37,127 bases of DNA from Pseudomonadales bacterium (GTDB lineage Bacteria; Pseudomonadota; Gammaproteobacteria; Pseudomonadales; UBA3067): NCBI GenBank assembly GCA_036802845.1, contig DAIRVL010000003.1, positions 1 through 37,127 on the forward strand, in the 5' to 3' direction. The notes below the pieces were generated by a model. The model did no database searches and was not told the DNA's origin. It was given only the letters and a program-made list of their open reading frames with translations. Position 1 is the stretch's first letter, and every line of letters begins with the position of its first letter. The translations under genes and the position numbers were made by a program. Shown here one piece after another: positions 1 through 9,390 of this stretch.

Positions 1-2
1 TT

Positions 3-83
3 GAACCCAAGCGCATGGAACAAAAAGGTTTTGAGTATTATGCCATTGGGCGGGGCAAGTCGGTGCTTCGTGAAAAGTCTTAG
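3..83 (+). CDS. 3' end of an unidentified CDS entering from the left edge (...EPKRMEQKGFEYYAIGRGKSVLREKS*)
   Basis: Frame 3 is open from the window edge to TAG at 81-83. Only 26 codons are visible and no motif is recognised. Confidence 0.25.
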   Translation, partial: EPKRMEQKGFEYYAIGRGKSVLREKS

Positions 84-145
84 TGCATGGATTTATTTCA
101 AGTGATCATTAGCAATGATGCATGCTTGACTGCGACATTAATAAA

Positions 146-176
146 ACTTGAACATTCAAGTGCGCTTACGTACTAT
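146..176 (+). promoter_or_regulatory. Candidate sigma70 promoter (TTGAAC-17 nt-TACTAT) overlapped by a 7-bp inverted repeat ACTTGAA-CA-TTCAAGT, upstream of the thiolase gene
   Basis: The -35-like TTGAAC is at 148-153 and the -10-like TACTAT at 171-176, with a 17-nt spacer. The perfect palindrome arms lie at 146-152 and 155-161 and cover the -35. This layout is typical of a repressor operator. Confidence 0.35.
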
Positions 177-333
177 GACCGCCTCTATTATTGGGTTAAG
201 TTTTAAGATGCCGCTAGGGGTCTTTGAACAGCCCGCGAGAGGTGTGGGAATAGGATACGAGTCCAATGTGTCGCCTATTCGCATCATTATTAATAAAAAC
301 CATTAAAAAATGATCAAATATAAGGAGCAAACG

Positions 334-1515
334 ATGCGTGATGTAGTTATTGTTGATAGCGTGCGTACTGGTCTCGCCAAATCCCACCGTGGTTCTTTTA
401 ACAAGACAGCACCTGCTGATATGTGCGGGCACTTGATAAAAGCTCTGATGGCGCGTAACCCTAAAATCAATCCTGAAGAAATCGGTGACTGCATTGTCGG
501 TACCGGTCTGCCAGAAGGTCCCCAAGGTTTTAACATTGGCCGTATCGCTGCCATTATAGGTGAATTACCTATCTCTGTTTCAGGTCAAACCGTGAGCCGT
601 TATTGTTCATCCGGTTTGCAGGCTATTTCTACGGCCGCTAACCAGATCGCTTCTGGTTATGACGACATCATTCTTGCGGGTGGTTGTGAAACCATTTCCA
701 TGCTGACTTCCCCAAACATGATTAATGCCTTGAACTCCACTGTGGCTCAAAAACAGCCTGGTATTTACCTGCCTATGGGTAAAACAGCAGAAACTGTTGC
801 GCAGCGTTATAAAGTGTCACGTGAATCGCAGGATGAACTGGCACTGTTGAGCCAGCAGCGTGTAGCGGCTGCTCAGGAACAGGGCCTGTTCAATGACGAA
901 ATCGTTCCAATGACGGTTCAATACAGCGTAAAAGACAAAGTGACTGGCGCAGTATCTGATCAAACAGTTACTGTGGATCGTGACGAGTGTAACCGTCCTT
1001 CTACTACGCTGGCGGCTCTTTCTACTCTGCCACCTTCGTTTGATCCACAGGGTACGGTAACTGCTGGAAACTCTTCACAGTTGGCCGATGGTGCATCCAT
1101 GTGTTTGATCATGAGCGCAGAAAAAGCACAGCAGCTGGGTCTTAAGCCAAAAGCTTACTTCCGTGGTTTTGCTGTGGCCGGTTGCAGCCCCGATGAAATG
1201 GGTATTGGCCCTGTGTTTGCGGTGCCCAAGTTGTTGAAAGCAGCAGGACTCAAAATTGCTGATATCGACATTTGGGAGCTGAACGAAGCCTTTGCTTCAC
1301 AAGCTGTTTACTGCCGCGACAAGCTGGGTCTTGATCCTGCAAAACTGAACCCCAACGGTGGTTCTATTGCAGTAGGTCACCCTTACGGAATGACCGGTTC
1401 ACGTCTTGTAGGTCACGCGGCGCGTGAATTACAGCGTCGTAAACTGAAATATGCCGTTATCACCATGTGTGTAGGTGGTGGTATGGGTGCTGCGGGCTTG
1501 ATTGAAGCCTGCTAA
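334..1515 (+). CDS. Acetyl-CoA C-acyltransferase / 3-ketoacyl-CoA thiolase
   Basis: The ORF runs 310-1515. AAGGAG lies 6 nt upstream of ATG 334, which favours that start. The N-terminus [13 protein letters not shown] resembles FadA-type thiolases. The nucleophile Cys context is [10 protein letters not shown] and the C-terminal motif is [11 protein letters not shown]. Confidence 0.93.
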   Translation: MRDVVIVDSVRTGLAKSHRGSFNKTAPADMCGHLIKALMARNPKINPEEIGDCIVGTGLPEGPQGFNIGRIAAIIGELPISVSGQTVSRYCSSGLQAISTAANQIASGYDDIILAGGCETISMLTSPNMINALNSTVAQKQPGIYLPMGKTAETVAQRYKVSRESQDELALLSQQRVAAAQEQGLFNDEIVPMTVQYSVKDKVTGAVSDQTVTVDRDECNRPSTTLAALSTLPPSFDPQGTVTAGNSSQLADGASMCLIMSAEKAQQLGLKPKAYFRGFAVAGCSPDEMGIGPVFAVPKLLKAAGLKIADIDIWELNEAFASQAVYCRDKLGLDPAKLNPNGGSIAVGHPYGMTGSRLVGHAARELQRRKLKYAVITMCVGGGMGAAGLIEAC

Positions 1516-1591
1516 TGCCCTTTGAAACACTTTGTTGCGTATGATTTTTTGCATATAAAAAATGGTTGCAAACAAAATACGGGCATAAAAT

Positions 1592-1630
1592 CAAAAACGG
1601 GTGGGAGATTTCTTCTGCCCGTTTTTTTTT
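1592..1630 (+). terminator. Rho-independent terminator after the thiolase gene
   Basis: The stem ACGGGTGGGAG / CTTCTGCCCGT (with G-U pairs) spans 1597-1622. A run of 9 T follows and an A-run precedes it. Confidence 0.7.
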
Positions 1631-1765
1631 GCAAGTGAAATAAAAAATCAAAAAGGTTTCCTCGCTTCGTTTATTCTTTTAATAAAGGTAATGTACGGTC
1701 TGTTTTAATGCGTCGTATAACGGCAAAATTAACTGATTGCGGATTTTAGTGAGAGTGAATTATCC

Positions 1766-2545
1766 ATGACAAACAAAAAAAACAGTAATCACGTCGATAT
1801 TCCGAGTGTGATGTTAAGTAGTGACGATCTAAAATCGCACGCACCGAGGGCGAGTCAGTCATCGCAGGTTCGCCCGGGCCCAACGCAGGAAACACTTAGA
1901 CCTGCCGCAACATCGCCGGTGTTGATTGTTATATTGTTATGCTTGGTGGGAGCGGTCGCGTTTCTTTATTACCAGTTATATATGCAGCAGCAGGCTTTCC
2001 GTGAAACTGAAGCAAATCTGGAACACTCACTTTCGCAAGTCAGTAAACTGGAAAATCAGGATCAAAGCTTGATCGAAACCGGGGGCAATATAAGCAAACA
2101 ATTAGCAGTTTATGACACTGAAATACGCAAATTATGGGATGTTTCCAATCAACTCAGAAAAAATGATCTGCCCGCTCAAAATAAGGCATTAGATGCACAA
2201 CAAAAACGTCTGGAAACGGCGTTAACGCAGCTGGAAAAAGCAAAGTCGGATATGGCTGTTTATCAAAAGTCGATTGATCAACTGGAAAAACAATATGCGA
2301 CCTTGGCTGATGCAATAAAAACGGTGGATGTCCTGGAGAAAAAAACGGCGCAGCTGGATAAATCGCTTTCGGTTTTGGCCGCAAAGGATGCAACAAAAGA
2401 AATTTCATCGCTGAAAAGACGGGTAGAGGAAACGGAGTTGTCCATTGCGGCCATTGATGCGCATCGTTCGCAGGTGAATCGTAATCTCGATAAATTAACA
2501 CAAGAAGTGAAGCGTCTGGGTGCTGGCGGCGAGCCGTCGTTGTAA
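1766..2545 (+). CDS. Bitopic membrane protein with a long coiled-coil ectodomain (function unknown)
   Basis: 259-aa ORF. It has one hydrophobic span (PVLIVILLCLVGAVAFLYYQLY) followed by about 180 aa of heptad-like, Q/K/E/L-rich sequence. No catalytic motif is recognised. Confidence 0.6.
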   Translation: MTNKKNSNHVDIPSVMLSSDDLKSHAPRASQSSQVRPGPTQETLRPAATSPVLIVILLCLVGAVAFLYYQLYMQQQAFRETEANLEHSLSQVSKLENQDQSLIETGGNISKQLAVYDTEIRKLWDVSNQLRKNDLPAQNKALDAQQKRLETALTQLEKAKSDMAVYQKSIDQLEKQYATLADAIKTVDVLEKKTAQLDKSLSVLAAKDATKEISSLKRRVEETELSIAAIDAHRSQVNRNLDKLTQEVKRLGAGGEPSL

Positions 2546-2569
2546 TCGCTCTGCGTGCTCTGAAAGAAC

Positions 2570-2597
2570 TTGCAATGCCAGTGAAAAGGGGTAAAAT
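2570..2597 (+). promoter_or_regulatory. Candidate sigma70 promoter for tRNA-Leu (TTGCAA-16 nt-TAAAAT)
   Basis: TTGCAA is at 2570-2575 and TAAAAT at 2592-2597, about 50 nt upstream of the mature tRNA 5' end. Confidence 0.45.
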
Positions 2598-2646
2598 CCA
2601 CTTCCCTGAAATAAGCACCCTGGTGATTTATGTGGGTGCTTGGTAC

Positions 2647-2731
2647 GCGCTAGTGGTGAAATTGGTAGACACGCTGGATTTAGGTTCCAGTGCCGTAAGG
2701 CATGGGGGTTCAAGTCCCTCCTGGCGCACCA
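2647..2731 (+). tRNA. tRNA-Leu, anticodon UAG (type II, long variable arm), CCA encoded
   Basis: Hand-folded cloverleaf of 85 nt. The acceptor is GCGCTAG/CTGGCGC with one G-U pair. The D-stem is 3 bp (GTG/CAC) with GG in the loop. The anticodon stem is CTGGA/TCCAG with loop TT-TAG-GT. The variable arm is TGCC-GTAA-GGCA. The T-arm is GGGGG-TTCAAGT-CCCTC, followed by discriminator A and CCA. Confidence 0.95.
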
Positions 2732-2961
2732 TCATTTTTTGTTCTGCTTTTATGCGCGTGACACACTTCTTTGCGTCGCGTTTGCCTGCCGCTTCTGAGC
2801 TGTTTGTATAAAAAATCTTTCCGCTCGTCCTCTCTCTTGCATCATAAAAAAACAGTTTTCGTGCGCTTTATCTTGAGTTAATGTGGCCGCTCAATTTGCG
2901 CCCTGCAAGATGTATTAAAAAGCTATTTTCCTGTAACAGACATTGATTAAAGGTAGTAAAC

Positions 2962-3843
2962 ATGCCGAGTACACTTTCTTTGGATTCAGCAACGAGCTGG
3001 CATTATCCTCAGGATGAAACAAGTTTTCTTCGCGGGATTCGCTTTGATAATCCATCAAAACCCACTATTCATTTTTTACATGGCAATGGTTTGTGCGGCA
3101 AAACCTATTGGCCCTTGTTGCAAGGATTAACCCGCGATTATGCGCTGATGCTTCATGACTGTGTGGGCCACGGAGACAGTGATGCGGGACGAGGTTTTGT
3201 CAGTTGGGAGCAATCGGCGCAGCACGCGTATGATGTGATCAGTTATCAGCGTGAAAAGGGTGAAATTCAAGGTCCGCTCATTGGCATGGGACACAGCTTT
3301 GGTGGTGTTTTAACGTTGAAGATTGCCGTGAAATATCCGGAACTGTTTCGATGTCTGGTGTTGATGGATCCGATTATTATGCCGGAAGTCTTTATTCAAA
3401 TGCAGGGCACGATGTCCAATCCTCTGGCTGAAAAAACAAGGGCACGACGTAATCATTGGCAGAATCAAACCGAGGCCTTTGCCTATTTCAGAAGCAAATC
3501 GGCCTATAAAGACTGGCACGATGACAGCTTGAATAGTTTTGTGACACATGCCTTGTATCAAAAAGACGAAGGAGGTTTGGCCCTTAAATGCCCGCCCGAC
3601 CTTGAAGCCGATATTTTTAATTCCACACCACAGGGTTTGTGGGATGATATTCGTGCGCTGACTGTACCTACGATTATTCTGTATGGTGACAAATCGTATC
3701 CGTTTATGGAAAGCGCATGTAAACAAGCCCATGAAAATGCGTTTATTCAAATTGAAAAAAGATCAGGGACTCACTGTTTTATGCTTGAGCATCCAGACAG
3801 TACGTGTGATGCCATTGCAAAATATATTGAAAAGCTGTTTTGA
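2962..3843 (+). CDS. Alpha/beta-fold hydrolase
   Basis: 293-aa ORF. It has an HG oxyanion-type motif (IHFLHGNG), the nucleophile elbow GHSFGG, and a C-terminal His in GTHCFMLEHP. Confidence 0.8.
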   Translation: MPSTLSLDSATSWHYPQDETSFLRGIRFDNPSKPTIHFLHGNGLCGKTYWPLLQGLTRDYALMLHDCVGHGDSDAGRGFVSWEQSAQHAYDVISYQREKGEIQGPLIGMGHSFGGVLTLKIAVKYPELFRCLVLMDPIIMPEVFIQMQGTMSNPLAEKTRARRNHWQNQTEAFAYFRSKSAYKDWHDDSLNSFVTHALYQKDEGGLALKCPPDLEADIFNSTPQGLWDDIRALTVPTIILYGDKSYPFMESACKQAHENAFIQIEKRSGTHCFMLEHPDSTCDAIAKYIEKLF

Positions 3844-3995
3844 TGGTGAGCTTTTTATACGCGGTCTTTATTTGAATGGATTTGTCTGAAAGAGTTCTTG
3901 ATTCGTCTCTGGATGTCGCTTGGATATATTTTGTAGCTGTTATACTGAAAAAGGTTTTCCCTGTTTTTTTGCCTGGGGTTGCAAGGATGCTGTGA

Positions 3996-4478
3996 ATGCG
4001 GATGCGGATACAAACTGTTTTTAATCCTAAATACCTCTGCTGTGCAGGCGTGCTGGCATGTCTGCTTTTTTCTTCAGGCGTCGGTGCTCAAGACTATTGG
4101 ATAGTCGTCAATCAAAGTAATCCGCTGAACAAACTTTCGGTCATGGAAGCCCGATCCATCTTTTTGGGCGTGCGACGGGTTTTTGATAGTGGCTATGAAA
4201 TTGAGGTGGTCGATCAGCCAATTGAAAGTGCTGTTTATGCCGGTTTTTATGAAAGAGTAGCGGGGAAAACCGTGGCACAAATTCGTGCGAAACGGGCATA
4301 TTTAACCTTTGCCGGTGATGCCTTGCCGCCTGAGGCGGTTATGGATGATCAGGCAGTCATCACCTGGATTGAGCAACATCAATATGGAATAGGTTATGTT
4401 CGTGGAGACCTTGCTGGCACCATGATAAATCGGGTTAAAGTCGTGTGCCGCGTTTCAGATAAATCCACTGCCAAATAA
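3996..4478 (+). CDS. Small secreted protein resembling a single lobe of a PstS-like periplasmic binding protein
   Basis: 160-aa ORF with a signal peptide (...CLLFSSGVGAQD). The segment WIVVNQSNPLNKLSVMEARSIFLG resembles the PBP-like (phosphate-binding family) N-terminal strand-helix. The ORF is too short for a full binding protein. Confidence 0.5.
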   Translation: MRMRIQTVFNPKYLCCAGVLACLLFSSGVGAQDYWIVVNQSNPLNKLSVMEARSIFLGVRRVFDSGYEIEVVDQPIESAVYAGFYERVAGKTVAQIRAKRAYLTFAGDALPPEAVMDDQAVITWIEQHQYGIGYVRGDLAGTMINRVKVVCRVSDKSTAK

Positions 4479-4646
4479 AATCCGTGCTAATTAGAATGAT
4501 GCTATTTATCAATGCATCAATGAGCGTCATAATTGCTTCGCTGTATTTTTCTTCTAACGCTCAAGATCAATAATAATTTCCCTATCTATAGAACAGCGGC
4601 GTGTGTTTTTTATTTCCGCTAAACAGGATGAATCTACGGATATCTT

Positions 4647-5117
4647 ATGACTAAAAAAATTGTATTAAGTGTATTTATTTTATTCCTTTGTGCATGTCAG
4701 TCTGCGCTGGCACCCTTTGATTCCCCGGTTTATAAAGAACGTCCAGCAAGACAAAATGCCAATCGTCTGCAGGATTTGTCTCTTGGATTGCAATTGCAGG
4801 AGGTCAGGGATTATATGGGGGCCTCATTGGTGCATAACAGTATTGATCCTAAAAAGCCGTTCAAGAATCCAGTGATAAGCCACGAGGGTAAAAACAGTAC
4901 GGGGCAGACGGTTACTCTTGATGTCTATGTCACCTATGCTTCCGCTTTTGGGGATTGCCCTGAAACAAGTTATCGCACAGAACCAACGGTATTTATTGAT
5001 GGCGTGCTGGTTGGAATAGGATGGAAGTATGTGAACAAACATGAAAACGCATTGGCAGTGAATCATCTATGGATTCGACGGGCATCCGAGTACAAATATC
5101 TTCATGAATGTCAGTAA
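4647..5117 (+). CDS. Probable lipoprotein, function unknown
   Basis: 156-aa ORF. The N-terminal signal sequence has a lipobox-like FLCAC-Q. Confidence 0.55.
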   Translation: MTKKIVLSVFILFLCACQSALAPFDSPVYKERPARQNANRLQDLSLGLQLQEVRDYMGASLVHNSIDPKKPFKNPVISHEGKNSTGQTVTLDVYVTYASAFGDCPETSYRTEPTVFIDGVLVGIGWKYVNKHENALAVNHLWIRRASEYKYLHECQ

Positions 5118-5212
5118 AGTGTTTTGTTGATGCCCAAGGCAAACAAGTGCTGATATGTGTTGTTAGTCACACAGAGAGTGCTGCAAGCGTTCGCGCAACA
5201 ACCGATAGTTGT

Positions 5213-5602
5213 TTATGTGCGTTTTGCTTCAAGAAGCTCAATCATGTAACCGTCAGGGTCTTTGATAAAAGCAAGCACGGTAGTGCTGTGTTTCATTGGC
5301 CCTGCCTCTCTTGCAATGGTGCCACCCAGTTTTTTTATCTGTTCGCAGGCTTGGTACACATCAGCCACTTCGATAGCGATGTGGCCAAATGCGTTACCGT
5401 GTTCATATTGAGCCACATCCCAATTATGGGTCAGTTCCAATACGCTTGATTCTTTTTCGTTGTTGTAACCAAGAAAGGCCAGGGTGAATCGGCCTTCTGT
5501 GTAGTCTTTTTTGCGTAATAACTGCATGCCAAGAATATCGGTATAGAATTTAATAGAGCGGTCGAGATCACTTACGCGCAACATGGTATGCAGAATTCTC
5601 AT
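5213..5602 (-). CDS. gloA: Lactoylglutathione lyase (glyoxalase I)
   Basis: 129 aa. MRILHTMLRVSDLDRSIKFYTDILGM...HIAIEV...GYMIELL is near-canonical GloA over its full length. Confidence 0.93.
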   Translation of the reverse strand: MRILHTMLRVSDLDRSIKFYTDILGMQLLRKKDYTEGRFTLAFLGYNNEKESSVLELTHNWDVAQYEHGNAFGHIAIEVADVYQACEQIKKLGGTIAREAGPMKHSTTVLAFIKDPDGYMIELLEAKRT

Positions 5603-5766
5603 TTAAATTTCCTCTGTGATATTCGCTGGTTTTACTAATATACAGAGCTCTTTTAAAGAGGTCTTTTAATTAATTTAGTGTTTTGTTGGCGGGTAAATAA
5701 TTCTTGAGATTATGTTATCTGCTGTGTATCTTTTACAATTTTGTTAAAACATTTTTTTGTTCCTGA

Positions 5767-6486
<720 letters not shown>

Positions 6487-6528
6487 TTTTTTTATTAATA
6501 AACCCGTTAATAAACCCGTCAAAAGAAG

Positions 6529-6555
6529 CCGGCATTGAAAATGCCGGTTTTTTTT
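6529..6555 (+). terminator. Rho-independent terminator after adk
   Basis: The stem CCGGCAT / ATGCCGG has a 5-nt loop and is followed by 8 T. Confidence 0.85.
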
Positions 6556-7005
6556 GTAAAAAAATAATAGAACCCTTCTTTCCCCGGTATCGGTGGCGAT
6601 ACATCAAGCTGCACGCTGAAGTGTACTTTGATCAATCTGAGCTTACGTTTCTTATCAAATAAAAAAATAACACGGAATAAAGAATCATGTGCATGGTGAG
6701 ATGCTCACAGTACAAATGATTAACTTTATCTTTGATGGGTAAGTTTTTTATGGCATTAATTCGCTTGGTAAATCCAGATAAACCCAAAATATTGCATAAA
6801 TTGCGAAGAAAAAGACGGATGTAAAAGTAGTGCCATAACGTTGGTGACATGTATTTAGGCGATAGAAATAATAAAAAACTGGACTTTGATGTAAATATTA
6901 TTACTATTGCGCTGGATATTAGCGGTGATAATGTATTGTTGTGCTAGTTTTTATTAGTGTGATCATGTTATTTAATTGTTTAATTAAAAATAAAGAGGTT
7001 CTTAT

Positions 7006-7713
7006 ATGAAGAATGCAACCAAACCAGCGAGTTCTCGCGGTCGTAAGAAGGTTGTTAAATCCGCTGCCGTATCTTCAATCCCGTTAAAGGGCAATGAAGC
7101 CTTGGAAAAAACCAATGCAAAACGTCCGGCACGAAAATTAAAAACAGTTAGCGCTACTAAAACAAAGTCCGCAGTTAGTACAAAAAAAGCAAGCAAGCCA
7201 ACAAACACCAAAGTGAAAAAAGCCACACCGAGTGTTGCTGCAAAAACCAAAGAATCCGCTGAAAACTCGAAAGCCTTAAATGCCAAACAAACTATCGCCA
7301 AGGTTAAAGAAGGCCTAAGTAGCGCGAAGGCGGCATCGGCTTCTGTTATTGAAACATATAAACAAAGTTTGAATGCTAAAACTGACGTAGATATGGCAAA
7401 ACAAACACTCTTGTTTCAGGCCAAGTGGAAAGCAGCGCGTTCAAAGGCAAATGCCGCTAAATTAAAGAAGTTAGTTAAAAAGGAAGACCTCAAGTTAAAA
7501 AACTTGATGAAAAAAGTGGATGCGCAAATCAAAAAAATTGAACTCAAAGACGCTAAAAAGTCTAAAGAGTCTGCAATGAAGTTGGGCAAAATCACCGCCA
7601 GGGTAAGCGCTTCAGCAGTAAAAGCCGTTAAAAAGAGCAGCAAAAAACCACTTAAGTCTTCTGCGACTAAAAGCGCCGTGTGGGGTGGACGCGGGCGTCC
7701 TAAAGCAAAATAA
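7006..7713 (+). CDS. Lys/Ala-rich histone-H1-like (AlgP/BpH1-type) basic protein with a C-terminal AT-hook
   Basis: 235-aa ORF with AAGAGG 7 nt upstream. I count 57 Lys in 235 residues. The sequence is low-complexity K/A/S/T and the C-terminus is WGGRGRPKAK, containing an RGRP AT-hook core. It is preceded by about 450 bp of very AT-rich non-coding DNA. Confidence 0.7.
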   Translation: MKNATKPASSRGRKKVVKSAAVSSIPLKGNEALEKTNAKRPARKLKTVSATKTKSAVSTKKASKPTNTKVKKATPSVAAKTKESAENSKALNAKQTIAKVKEGLSSAKAASASVIETYKQSLNAKTDVDMAKQTLLFQAKWKAARSKANAAKLKKLVKKEDLKLKNLMKKVDAQIKKIELKDAKKSKESAMKLGKITARVSASAVKAVKKSSKKPLKSSATKSAVWGGRGRPKAK

Positions 7714-7730
7714 AAACGCTTTATTTTATT

Positions 7731-7770
7731 TGAACAAAAACAGGCACCTTATGGTGCCTGTTTTTGTTCA
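7731..7770. terminator. Bidirectional terminator: perfect 18-bp inverted repeat
   Basis: TGAACAAAAACAGGCACC-TTAT-GGTGCCTGTTTTTGTTCA. The GC core is flanked by an A-run and a T-run, and it sits between two convergent genes. Confidence 0.8.
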
Positions 7771-8360
7771 AATGCCACTATATCGTCTGGTGTATTGATA
7801 TTATTAAAACAATCGTCCTGCGTTGCAAAGTCCACTTCGGCAATTTTCTGTGTCCCTAACCATTTAATTACACTGCGTCCACCTTGGGCGTAGAAATGAC
7901 TTAATTGCGGCAAGAGTCTTGTCTTGAGCAACAAATACAGCGGTTGAATGCGCTGACCATCATGTGGCACTGCAATATCAGTTCGACTGTGAATTAATTC
8001 GTGAAAAAGGCGTAAAGCAAGCTGCGTGGGCAGGTCTGGATTGTCGCAGGGAACAATCAGCGCAAATTCACTGTTTATGCAAGCTAAACCACTTAGGATG
8101 CCTGCTAAGGGACCGTTGAATACAATCGACTGATCTTTGATGTTATCCCTTATCAATGGATAACCGAACTGTTGATAGCTTGAGAGATTTCTGTTGCAAC
8201 TGATGATGATGGTATCGACTTGAGGCTGTAATCGTTTGATCACATGTTTAATCAAAGGTGAGCCGTTTAGTGGAACTAAGCCTTTATCATTACCGTGCAT
8301 TCGTGATGATTGACCACCTGCCAAAATCAATCCAGTGAGCTCACCTCTATTGCCATGCAT
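7749..8360 (-). CDS. mobA: Molybdenum cofactor guanylyltransferase
   Basis: LTGLILAGGQSSRMHGNDKGLVPLNGSPLIKHV matches the MobA N-terminal signature. ATG 8360 gives a MobA-like N-terminus, while the track start at 8432 adds 24 non-conserved residues. Confidence 0.88.
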   Translation of the reverse strand: MHGNRGELTGLILAGGQSSRMHGNDKGLVPLNGSPLIKHVIKRLQPQVDTIIISCNRNLSSYQQFGYPLIRDNIKDQSIVFNGPLAGILSGLACINSEFALIVPCDNPDLPTQLALRLFHELIHSRTDIAVPHDGQRIQPLYLLLKTRLLPQLSHFYAQGGRSVIKWLGTQKIAEVDFATQDDCFNNINTPDDIVAFEQKQAP

Positions 8361-8496
8361 CGTAAAATTTATTCCGAGAGTTGTCTTAAGCCCAAGCCAA
8401 TTGAAAGCGGGCAAGCAGAATCTACTACGCATATTAACTTATTTAAAGCTGGTGTAGAATTGCGTACCTTTTGTGTCAGTGCAGCAAAATAGCAAT

Positions 8497-9186
8497 ATGC
8501 CGACTTTACTAGCAATAGAATCCGCGTCGCAGACCTGTTCCGTCGCTCTGCTTGTCGACGAACTTCTCCATGAAAAAATTTCTTATACGTCTAATCAGCA
8601 TAATGAATTGCTCTTGCCAATGATTAATGATCTGCTGATTGAGTCAGGTAAAATTCTCGCTGATATTGATGCCTTTGCTTTCGGACACGGACCGGGTTCT
8701 TTTACGGGGCTGCGTATTGCAGCAGCTATTGTGCAGGGCTTGGCCTTGGCCAGTGATAAACCGGTGATTGGTGTTTCGTCTTTGGCCGCACTGGCGCAGT
8801 CTGTTTTTCGTCAGAGTGGCGCTGAACAGGTTGTTGCCGTCATGGATGCACGAATGGGCGAAGTTTATTGGGCCTCTTATTGTTTAAACAAAACCGGACT
8901 CATGGTCTTGCAGGGACGCGAAGTGGTATGTGCTCCCGCAGAGGTCCCTAAACTGGATGTCGCAGGTTTTGTAGCAGCTGGAAACGGCGCTTGTTATCAG
9001 CATGAAATACAGGCGATTAATCCGATGATTCATTCATGGTTACCTAACTGTTTTGCAACAGCGCAAGATGTTGCGATTCTGGCCAAAGCAGCGTATGTGA
9101 AAGGTGATTTATTAAGTGCTGATCAAGCGCAACCTGTCTATCTCAGAGAGAAAATAAGCTGGAAAAAACTTCCGGGGCGGCATTAA
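8497..9186 (+). CDS. tsaB: tRNA t6A37 biosynthesis protein TsaB (YeaZ)
   Basis: LLAIESASQTCSVALL, GHGPGSFTGLRI and the C-terminal PVYLREKISWKKLPG align with E. coli TsaB. The start at the MPTLLAI Met is preferred. Confidence 0.9.
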   Translation: MPTLLAIESASQTCSVALLVDELLHEKISYTSNQHNELLLPMINDLLIESGKILADIDAFAFGHGPGSFTGLRIAAAIVQGLALASDKPVIGVSSLAALAQSVFRQSGAEQVVAVMDARMGEVYWASYCLNKTGLMVLQGREVVCAPAEVPKLDVAGFVAAGNGACYQHEIQAINPMIHSWLPNCFATAQDVAILAKAAYVKGDLLSADQAQPVYLREKISWKKLPGRH

Positions 9187-9390
9187 TTTTGACAAGCTGC
9201 AGGGCGACTGTTTTATGTATTTGCTATGGCGTTTAACGCACTCACTCAGCGGCGATAGAGTTCAAATTCACAGATCGCAATGTTTTATTTTTTATAAACA
9301 GTCACTGAATTGTTTTAGTTAATATTTTGTGAACCGGTTCTGTAATTGTAACTATTCTTAACTTGTGGCGTAACTTTCTGGGTAGATCTA

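Noticed and set aside
214-554. Minus-strand ORFs 214-525 and 303-554
   Set aside because: They are antisense shadows over the thiolase 5' region and leader. They have no RBS, and the thiolase call is far stronger.
2575-2811. 78-aa plus-strand ORF
   Set aside because: It runs straight through the well-folded tRNA-Leu gene (2647-2731), so it is a spurious reading of an RNA gene.
2647-5117. tRNA-Leu as an integration site for a genomic island
   Set aside because: There is no integrase, no direct repeat of the tRNA 3' end downstream, and no clear compositional break in the following genes.
6496-6519. Perfect tandem duplication TAATAAACCCGT x2 just after adk
   Set aside because: There are only two copies, lying between the stop codon and the terminator. 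It is most simply a slippage duplication with no evident function.
6632-6850. 72-aa minus-strand ORF in the AT-rich region upstream of the H1-like gene
   Set aside because: It lies in very AT-rich DNA. Its composition (F/L/I/N/Y-rich) is what random AT-rich sequence produces, and it has no RBS. I treat the region as non-coding.
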